Below the pieces are notes generated by a model. The model was not told the DNA's origin, made no database searches, and saw only the letters and a program-made list of their open reading frames with translations. A stretch of 64,000 bases of DNA from an uncultured Gemmatimonadaceae bacterium (GTDB taxonomy: Bacteria; Gemmatimonadota; Gemmatimonadetes; Gemmatimonadales; Gemmatimonadaceae). Where the stretch lies: contig CAYYSP010000003.1 in assembly GCA_964474535.1 (NCBI GenBank), positions 134,999 through 198,998 on the forward strand. Reading direction: 5' to 3'. The translations under genes were made by a program, and so were the position numbers. Positions within the stretch are counted from its first letter, which is position 1; the number at the start of each line of letters is the position of its first letter. Below, one piece after another: positions 57,699 through 64,000 of this stretch.

Positions 57699-58828
57699 GG
57701 TGGCGGCGGACCCGTCATAGACGCAGGTGGTGGACCAGGAGGTCTGCGTAAGCTGTCAGCACGTTGACGTGCACTTCGAAGTGAATCAGCGCGTCTAACG
57801 CTATCTCGCCTAATAGAATCAGCTCGTGCACCTACAGTGCGACCAATAACTCGACCTGTGGAATCGCGCACGAGTGTATCTGCTGCTGTCGAATCGATAG
57901 CAGCGCGTCTTGCTGCTAGCTCGTCTAGTGCCGCCTTACGCGCCAACGAATCACCAGCTTCGGCTACTGAACGCGCGGCACTTTCAGCGGACGCAGCGTC
58001 GGTCCAAACGCCGCCCACACCCTGCGAAACTCTACCGGCCAATAGTACCATTACAGGACCAATTGACGAAGGCAGTACGGCAGGGCGCAACAAATAGGTG
58101 CGAGCCCACTTTTCTGTAGTAGCCAGCTCTCCTATTACAGTTCCTATACGTACACCTCGCGGATACGTAGGCCCAAGACCGGCACTAACAATTACTGTCC
58201 CTGTATCCAAGCTTGTGCGGAACGCTACACCGCGCATTTCTAACAGCCATCGTTCTGATCCACTGCCCAAATGTGGTTTAACAATTCCAAGCGCTTGTTG
58301 ATCGACGCTCATCGCTGATACCGCAAACTCCGGATGTGCCCACGTAATCGCATAGCTCGTGGTGGCGTCGACGGTTTGCACCATACCAACCAAACCATCG
58401 GCAGTAACAACTGGAGTAAAGGGTTCAATACCAGCTGCTGAGCCAGCGCTAAGCACAATAGAGTATTGATCGTCGTTGCCGCGCCCAGGTATTACTTCAG
58501 CAACCACAAACCCTTGTTGAAGTCTAGCACCCAAGTGTAAGAGTCCGCGCAGACGTTCGTTCTCGTCTCGAATCTCACTAGACACCAGATTCTCGGAAAC
58601 TGTTTTACCGCGTGTTTCTAGTACTTGTGAACGAGTATCAATTGAGGCACGAACTGACGCAGACTTGCGCTCCAATTCTACCAAAGGCGCGAGCACCGTT
58701 TTGCGTAACGCCGACGATATCGAATCTCGAATATGCGACGGCATTACCAGCGCGAACAGCGCGAGTGCTACGCACCCAACAAGTATTCCGGTGTCCAGAC
58801 GGCTGGCGCCTGCTGATGCGCGCGCCAC
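57695..58828 (-). CDS. mreC: Rod shape-determining protein MreC with an Arg/Ser/Asp-repeat and Pro-rich C-terminal tail
   Basis: N-terminal TM helix, a coiled-coil region with ENERLR, beta-barrel repeats (GLVGMV) and the tail RADSIRRDSVRRADSLRSARQRADSLRRPPGPPP. Confidence 0.85.
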   Translation of the reverse strand: MARASAGASRLDTGILVGCVALALFALVMPSHIRDSISSALRKTVLAPLVELERKSASVRASIDTRSQVLETRGKTVSENLVSSEIRDENERLRGLLHLGARLQQGFVVAEVIPGRGNDDQYSIVLSAGSAAGIEPFTPVVTADGLVGMVQTVDATTSYAITWAHPEFAVSAMSVDQQALGIVKPHLGSGSERWLLEMRGVAFRTSLDTGTVIVSAGLGPTYPRGVRIGTVIGELATTEKWARTYLLRPAVLPSSIGPVMVLLAGRVSQGVGGVWTDAASAESAARSVAEAGDSLARKAALDELAARRAAIDSTAADTLVRDSTGRVIGRTVGARADSIRRDSVRRADSLRSARQRADSLRRPPGPPPASMTGPPPP

Positions 58829-58835
58829 GAAAACC

Positions 58836-59873
58836 TCAGGACGTTAGCACAGACCAATACTTCTCTTCGTCATCCAGGATTTTACCGGTGCCGCGAACAA
58901 CGCAGGTGAGAGGGTCCTCGTCTACGTGAATAGGCAACCCAGTTTCCTGACTGAGCAACACATCTAGCCCGCGAATAAGTGCACCACCACCGGTCATTAC
59001 TATTCCACGATCGACGATGTCTGACGCGAGTTCCGGTGGGGTTATTTCAAGAGCGCGACGAACAGCATCTACTATTTGCTGAATCGGCTCTTGAACAGCT
59101 TCTCTTATTTCACTGGAATGAACGCGAACTGTTTTGGGAATACCTGACACAAGGTCGCGCCCCTTAACTTCCATCTCACGTTCGTCACCTACAGGATAGG
59201 CTGAACCAATCTGAATCTTTATCTGCTCAGCAGTAGGTTCGCCAATAAGCAAGTTGTAATTCTTGCGCATGAACTGAACGATGCTGATGTCCAACTCGTC
59301 GCCACCTGTACGAATAGAGGTGTCGCTAACTAAACCTGACAGCGCGATAACCGCGATTTCTGTAGTGCCACCGCCGATATCGATGACCATGTTACCCGTT
59401 GGAGACTCTACGGGTAAACCAACACCGATAGCAGCAGCCATAGGCTCAGTAACCATGAACACCTCCTTAGCACCAGCACCCAAAGCGGAATCGCGTACAG
59501 CACGCTTCTCAACCTCTGTGATACCTGACGGTACACAAACGATAACGCGCGGCTTGACCTTAAATACGTGCTTGTCGATAACGAGCGTGAGAAAATAACG
59601 CAGCATTTTCTCAGTCACGTCGAAGTCGGCAATTACGCCGTCCTTCATTGGACGCACAGCCATAATTCCATCGGGCGTGCGTCCAAGCATACGCTTGGCC
59701 TCAAGACCCACGCCCTTGATTTTCTTTGTCTCCCTATCGAGCGCCACTACAGATGGCTCGTTAAGTACGATCCCCTCACCCTTCACGTAAATGAGGGTGT
59801 TGGCCGTACCTAGGTCAACAGCGATGGCGTTCGCGGGAAACAGCGAATTGCCTTTCTTAAATGGCCAGAACAT
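58836..59873 (-). CDS. mreB: Rod shape-determining actin homologue MreB
   Basis: [15 protein letters not shown] and [15 protein letters not shown] motifs, 345 aa. Confidence 0.95.
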   Translation of the reverse strand: MFWPFKKGNSLFPANAIAVDLGTANTLIYVKGEGIVLNEPSVVALDRETKKIKGVGLEAKRMLGRTPDGIMAVRPMKDGVIADFDVTEKMLRYFLTLVIDKHVFKVKPRVIVCVPSGITEVEKRAVRDSALGAGAKEVFMVTEPMAAAIGVGLPVESPTGNMVIDIGGGTTEIAVIALSGLVSDTSIRTGGDELDISIVQFMRKNYNLLIGEPTAEQIKIQIGSAYPVGDEREMEVKGRDLVSGIPKTVRVHSSEIREAVQEPIQQIVDAVRRALEITPPELASDIVDRGIVMTGGGALIRGLDVLLSQETGLPIHVDEDPLTCVVRGTGKILDDEEKYWSVLTS

Positions 59874-59899
59874 CAGGGCGTGTGTACTCGTGCAGCACG

Positions 59900-59930
59900 A
59901 AAAATGGCGACAACAGATGATCGGTTGTCG
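59900..59930 (-). terminator. Terminator-like hairpin with a U-run between ald and mreB
   Basis: The minus strand reads CGACAAC-cgatcatct-GTTGTCG-cca-TTTTT. It lies 85 nt after the ald stop and only about 27 nt before the mreB ATG. Confidence 0.35.
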
Positions 59931-59984
59931 TTGCGATCCTGTGGGCGAAAACTACCAGACACGGGCGTACCTAACAAGGCGCCC

Positions 59985-60008
59985 AAAGAGTGACCTAGAG
60001 CACTCTTT
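59985..60008 (-). terminator. Perfect 8-bp inverted repeat directly after the ald stop
   Basis: AAAGAGTG-N8-CACTCTTT lies 7 nt downstream of the ald stop codon. There is no extended U-run beyond the stem. Confidence 0.3.
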
Positions 60009-60014
60009 ATGTGG

Positions 60015-61130
60015 TTAACCAATGAACGATGAGGGTTCGTGATACTCAATGCCGAATGCGTCAGCCACACCACGATACGTGACTTTCCCTTCGGTCATGT
60101 TTAACCCTAGCGCTAGCGCCGGATTCGATCTCAACGCCTCTCTCCAACCTTTGTTTGCCAACTGCAAGGCATACGGCAAGGTGGCGTTTGTAAGCGCGAG
60201 CGTGGACGTGCGCGGTACAGCACCAGGCATGTTAGCAACCGCGTAATGCACGATGCCATCAACTATGTACGTTGGGTTCTCGTGGGTCGTAGGCTTGCTG
60301 GTTTCAATGCAACCACCCTGATCGACTGCCACGTCAACAACAACAGTGCCCGGACGCATACGGGCAAGATCGTCTTTGCGGACGAGCTTGGGCGCTTTAG
60401 CACCCGGTATTAGAACGCCACCGATTACCAAATCGGCGTTACTAATGTGCTCGAGAATGTTGTAGCGGTTGGAATACACCAACTGCACGTTGGCCGGCAT
60501 TACGTCTGATAGGTAACGCAAGCGTTCTAGTGACAAGTCGATTATCACGACGCTAGCGCCTAACCCAGCGGCCATTTTCGCAGCGTTAGTTCCAACTACA
60601 CCGCCGCCGAGTATGACAACTTTAGCAGGGGCCACGCCGGGCACTCCGCCGAGCAGCATTCCTCGGCCGCCGTACAGTCGCTCTAAGTACTTAGCACCCT
60701 GCTGAACCGCCATACGCCCCGCCACTTCGGACATGGGCGTGAGCAGCGGTAGTTCACGCGACTTAAGCTCAACGGTCTCATAGGCTATACATGTTGCACC
60801 ACTAGCCAAATGAGCGCGCGTTAGCTCTTCGTCGGCAGCAAAGTGAAAGTATGTGAAAACCGTAAGGTCGCTGCGAAGGTACTGCCATTCCGCGCGAATC
60901 GGCTCCTTAACTTTTAACAGAAGATCAGCGTTCCCCCACGCGCTTGCCGCGTCTGGTACGATCTTCGCTCCTGTTTGACGATAGTCATCGTCTTCGAAAC
61001 CGCTGCCAAGACCGGCGCCAGTTTCTATAAACACCTCGTGGCCTGCGGAGATCATCGCCTCTGCTCCAGCTGGAACAAGCGCGATACGATTCTCGTTTGT
61101 TTTGATCTCCTTCGGGACGCCGATGCGCAT
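60015..61130 (-). CDS. ald: Alanine dehydrogenase
   Basis: MRIGVPKEIKTNENRIALVP at the N-terminus and the NAD fold VVILGGGVVGTNAA. 371 aa. Confidence 0.9.
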   Translation of the reverse strand: MRIGVPKEIKTNENRIALVPAGAEAMISAGHEVFIETGAGLGSGFEDDDYRQTGAKIVPDAASAWGNADLLLKVKEPIRAEWQYLRSDLTVFTYFHFAADEELTRAHLASGATCIAYETVELKSRELPLLTPMSEVAGRMAVQQGAKYLERLYGGRGMLLGGVPGVAPAKVVILGGGVVGTNAAKMAAGLGASVVIIDLSLERLRYLSDVMPANVQLVYSNRYNILEHISNADLVIGGVLIPGAKAPKLVRKDDLARMRPGTVVVDVAVDQGGCIETSKPTTHENPTYIVDGIVHYAVANMPGAVPRTSTLALTNATLPYALQLANKGWREALRSNPALALGLNMTEGKVTYRGVADAFGIEYHEPSSFIG

Positions 61131-61167
61131 TTCTGATGCTCTGCCGTTTGAAGGTGTAAGGACTGCG

Positions 61168-62436
61168 CTAGCGAACGCCCTTGGGGCCTAGGCTAACGAT
61201 TGTCCACTTTGATGGATCGAAAAAGTCGTGCGCGACAGATCGTACTGTTTCTCCACTAACGGAGTTAATCAGTGAACTGATCTCGTCGATGCTACGGGGA
61301 GGTTCACTGTAAAGTGCAGAAACAGCCGCGCGATACATACGTGAAGATACCCCTTCCAACGAAAGAACCAACTGTCCGCGAAGCTGCTTTCGCCCCGCCT
61401 CCAGCTCCGGCTCTGGAATTCCTTGCTCCACCACCGTTAGCAACACCTCTCTAACGGCGTCTAATGCTTGCTGAGCCGATTCTGGCGCACTAGCAAGGTA
61501 TACACCATGGGAGCCCGTGTCCGCGTAGCTGCTTTGGAAGCTGTGCACGCTGTAAGCTAGCCCTAACTCCTCGCGCACACGCTGAAACAGACGCGAACTC
61601 ATGCCTCCGCCCAACAACATTGAAAGTAGCGCAAATGCGTAGCGACGATCGTCAGCGTACGAAATTGCCGAACTACCCATAACTATATGCGTTTGCGCAA
61701 TATCTTTGCGCGTTATATGTGCGCAAGTCGCAGGAAGTGGCGAAGCGGCTGGCACAACAAAGCTCTCAGATGCGCCCGCCGCTCGCGTGCTCCACCCGGC
61801 CTTCTCAAGCGTATCGAGAAGTTGCTCGTGCGTAAGTGCGCCCGCTGCAGCAACAACAATTCGCCCAGGGTGATACGCCCTATTTAGCAGCTCCTTCAAA
61901 TCCGCGACACCCAATGAACTCACCGTTTCCCGCGTGCCCAGTATCGGAAATCCGTGGGGATGCTCGCCCCAAAGGAGGCTATTGTGATGATCGAAAATAA
62001 CGTCGTCGGGTGTGTCGTCAACCATGCTGATTTCTTCCAATATCACTTTGCGTTCCGGAATTAGATCGGATTCGCGTAGCGCAGGACGAAATATTAGGTC
62101 GCCAATTACATCAACGGCCTCGAACAAATTCTCATCGAGTACGCGCGCCTGAAACGATGTATGCTCCCGCTCTGTGTAGGCGTCGAGCGAGCCACCAAGC
62201 GATTCGAGCGACAGTGCTATTTCTTGAGCGGATCGCGTTTCTGTTCCCTTGAACACCATGTGCTCAAGCATATGCGAAACGCCCATTTGTGCTGCACTTT
62301 CATGCACGGTCGCAGCCTTTACCCACGCACCAAAAGCAACAGACCGCACACCCGGAACTGTTTCCGAGAGTACGGTCAGGCCGTTCGGTAAATCTGTGCG
62401 CTTTATGTTGAGCGGTGCACCAGATCGGTGCACCAT
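61168..62436 (-). CDS. M16 family (pitrilysin/insulinase-like) zinc peptidase
   Basis: HMLEHMVFKG (HxxEH), two M16 halves. The start is taken at ATG 62436 (MVHRSGAPLNIKRTDLPNGL). The longer ORF to 62580 would overlap pnp by 80 nt. Confidence 0.85.
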   Translation of the reverse strand: MVHRSGAPLNIKRTDLPNGLTVLSETVPGVRSVAFGAWVKAATVHESAAQMGVSHMLEHMVFKGTETRSAQEIALSLESLGGSLDAYTEREHTSFQARVLDENLFEAVDVIGDLIFRPALRESDLIPERKVILEEISMVDDTPDDVIFDHHNSLLWGEHPHGFPILGTRETVSSLGVADLKELLNRAYHPGRIVVAAAGALTHEQLLDTLEKAGWSTRAAGASESFVVPAASPLPATCAHITRKDIAQTHIVMGSSAISYADDRRYAFALLSMLLGGGMSSRLFQRVREELGLAYSVHSFQSSYADTGSHGVYLASAPESAQQALDAVREVLLTVVEQGIPEPELEAGRKQLRGQLVLSLEGVSSRMYRAAVSALYSEPPRSIDEISSLINSVSGETVRSVAHDFFDPSKWTIVSLGPKGVR

Positions 62437-62500
62437 CGCATCAGCGCTCAGAACTGAAATTCGGAGTGAAGAGCTTGCGTTAGGAGGGAGAGCTGACGGA

Positions 62501-64000
62501 TCACCGTCTGCCACGACCGCCACCGTTGCGCCCACCACGTCCTTCGCCCTCTTCACCTTCACTGCGGCTGGGGCGCTCACTACGCGGCTGCTCTTCTGGC
62601 ATTCCTTCGGGACGCGGAAGCAACGCCTTTACTGACAGACGTAAACGCCCACGCTCGTCGCGGTCGATGAGCTTAACCGTAACCTTGTCACCCTTCTTGA
62701 CAACATCTTCGGTTTTCTCAACACGCTCGTGACGCATTTCCGAAATATGCAGCAGAGCTTCTGTGCCCGGCATAATCTCGATGAACGCTCCGAAGGCGGT
62801 GATGCTCTTTACCGTGCCCTCGTATGTCTCACCAACCACCGGCTCTGCGGTAATTGACATGACCATTTGACGAGCGCGCTCCATTGATTCGCCACCAACG
62901 GCCGCGATTGTAACTGTACCGTCATCATCGACCGCGAGCTCAGCACCAGTTTCTTCCTGAATGCCGCGGATATTCTTGCCCTTAGGACCGATGAGCTCAC
63001 CGATCTTGTCGACAGGGATCTGTACGGTAACAATGCGGGGCGCATACTTCGAAAGATCTGAACGTGGCTCAGCGAGCGCTTTGTCCATTTCGCCGAGAAT
63101 ATGCATACGTCCTTCTCGCGCCTGCGAAAGGGCCTCCTCCATGATTCCAAGATCAAGCCCTTCGATCTTGATATCCATTTGGATGGAGGTAATTCCCTGC
63201 TTGGTACCAGCGACTTTGAAATCCATGTCGCCCAAATGGTCTTCGGTGCCGAGGATGTCGGTTAGAATGGCGTAGCGCTCACCTTCTTTGATGAGCCCCA
63301 TAGCGACACCAGCAACCGCGCCTTTCATTGGAACGCCAGCATCGAAAAGTGCCAACGAACCACCGCACACAGATGCCATCGACGACGATCCGTTTGATTC
63401 CAACACGTCGGAAACGATGCGAATCGTGTACGGGAAGTCAGCGAAATCTGGCAGCACACCCTGAAGCGCACGTTCAGCCAAATTGCCGTGTCCAATTTCT
63501 CTGCGGCTCGTACTGCGCACTGGCCTAACTTCACCCGTCGAGAACGGCGGGAAGTTGTAGTGCAGCATGAACGACTTAGTTGTCTCGCCAGCTTCGTCGA
63601 TGGTATCTAAACGCTGCGCGTCCTTAGCGGTGCCGAGTGTTGCGGCGACTAGGGCTTGCGTTTGTCCACGTGTGAAGAGTGCGGAGCCATGTGAGCGCGG
63701 CAATACCGTCGTATCGATCGAGATATTACGCACTTCTGTTGGAGAGCGACCGTCTACACGGAAGCCTGTATCCAATACCTGAGAACGCAACTCTGTGTAC
63801 TCAACGTCACCCAAAATTGTTTGGATGTCTTTTGCGTTGTCGGGGAACTCAGCAAGCAAACCTTCGGCGAGTTCGTTTTTAGCGCGCTCAACCGACTCAA
63901 TACGCGTGTGCTTGTCTTTCTGGTTGAGTGCTTCACGGATCTTGCCGGAAGCAAGCTCTTTGGTACGAACGACGATACCTTCTGGAGTTTCGGCCTTCGT
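62501..64000 (-). CDS. pnp: Polyribonucleotide nucleotidyltransferase (PNPase), C-terminal ~499 codons; 5' end lies outside the window
   Basis: Second RNase PH domain (RVDGRSPTEVRNI, HGSALFTRGQTQ), KH (IGELIGPKGKNIRGIQE) and S1 (GETYEGTVKSITAFGAFIE) domains, plus an RGG-rich tail. The frame is open to position 64000 (hand-checked), beyond the track start at 63859. Confidence 0.9.
   Translation of the reverse strand, partial: TKAETPEGIVVRTKELASGKIREALNQKDKHTRIESVERAKNELAEGLLAEFPDNAKDIQTILGDVEYTELRSQVLDTGFRVDGRSPTEVRNISIDTTVLPRSHGSALFTRGQTQALVAATLGTAKDAQRLDTIDEAGETTKSFMLHYNFPPFSTGEVRPVRSTSRREIGHGNLAERALQGVLPDFADFPYTIRIVSDVLESNGSSSMASVCGGSLALFDAGVPMKGAVAGVAMGLIKEGERYAILTDILGTEDHLGDMDFKVAGTKQGITSIQMDIKIEGLDLGIMEEALSQAREGRMHILGEMDKALAEPRSDLSKYAPRIVTVQIPVDKIGELIGPKGKNIRGIQEETGAELAVDDDGTVTIAAVGGESMERARQMVMSITAEPVVGETYEGTVKSITAFGAFIEIMPGTEALLHISEMRHERVEKTEDVVKKGDKVTVKLIDRDERGRLRLSVKALLPRPEGMPEEQPRSERPSRSEGEEGEGRGGRNGGGRGRR

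Noticed and set aside
57205-57720. 171-aa plus-strand ORF mirroring mreD exactly
   Set aside because: It is the antisense shadow of a hydrophobic membrane gene, and its position in the conserved mreBCD-mrdA-rodA order supports the minus-strand call. Other antisense ORFs are rejected in the same way (12915-13439 in aspS, 8255-8695, 25299-25727, 54727-55164, 42544-42942).
62437-62580. 48-codon N-terminal extension of the M16 peptidase overlapping pnp by 80 nt
   Set aside because: The internal ATG at 62436 gives the normal ~420-aa M16 length and removes the overlap with the PNPase RGG tail.
1-64000. CRISPR arrays, tRNA/rRNA genes, riboswitches or T-boxes ahead of the aaRS, pur and B12-mutase genes
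   Set aside because: No regularly spaced repeats and no tRNA T-arm motifs apart from tmRNA were seen. Most candidate leader regions are under 40 nt because the genes abut or overlap, which leaves no room for such elements. Eye scanning cannot exclude short sRNAs.

Overview
This is a 64-kb stretch of a bacterial chromosome. Hand-counted 100-nt samples give about 52% GC. It is almost gap-free and mostly housekeeping. I cannot assign taxonomy from sequence alone. The gene content fits a non-proteobacterial Gram-negative lineage (split B12 acyl-CoA mutase, archaeal-type proS, pnp followed by an M16 peptidase, mreBCD-mrdA-rodA), possibly Gemmatimonadota or the FCB group.

Layout:
1. 1-13946, minus strand: peptidase U32, AtuA/DUF4387, an MccB/AtuC-like carboxyltransferase, a split B12 acyl-CoA mutase with MeaB, two CNNM/CorC genes, ybeY, phoH and aspS.
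2. 14235-16241, plus strand: a putative outer-membrane protein and rlmN.
3. 16167-27140, minus strand: a fragmented trp cluster (GAF protein-trpD, then trpC-trpF-trpB-[HEAT]-[HD-GYP]-trpA), with lexA on the opposite strand in the middle.
4. 27247-38760, plus strand: truA, htrA, then purB-purC-psd-pssA-purS-purQ-purL-purF.
5. 38757-41683, minus strand: a small accessory patch next to tmRNA (AbiEii, AbiEi-like, an orphan HEPN-like ORF, ssrA).
6. 41814-64000, mostly minus strand: dusB, ptsN-like, a MATE transporter, a HicA-like/HTH pair, guaA, lysA, proS, hisS, folC, accD, rodA, mrdA, mreDCB, ald, an M16 peptidase and pnp.

No CRISPR array, IS element, integrase, rRNA or tRNA was seen.

Best leads:
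a. A HEAT-repeat plus HD-GYP gene pair is joined by overlapping stop/start codons between trpB and trpA.
b. An AbiE pair and a stand-alone Rx4H (HEPN-like) ORF sit directly behind the ssrA terminator.
c. A Cys-rich HicA-like plus HTH pair lies between the MATE gene and guaA.
d. The acyl-CoA mutase carries isobutyryl-CoA-mutase-type substrate residues. A methyltransferase ORF between its two subunits has no canonical start codon and opens on a T-run at the mutase stop.

All family calls rest on motif recognition by eye. No database search was run.
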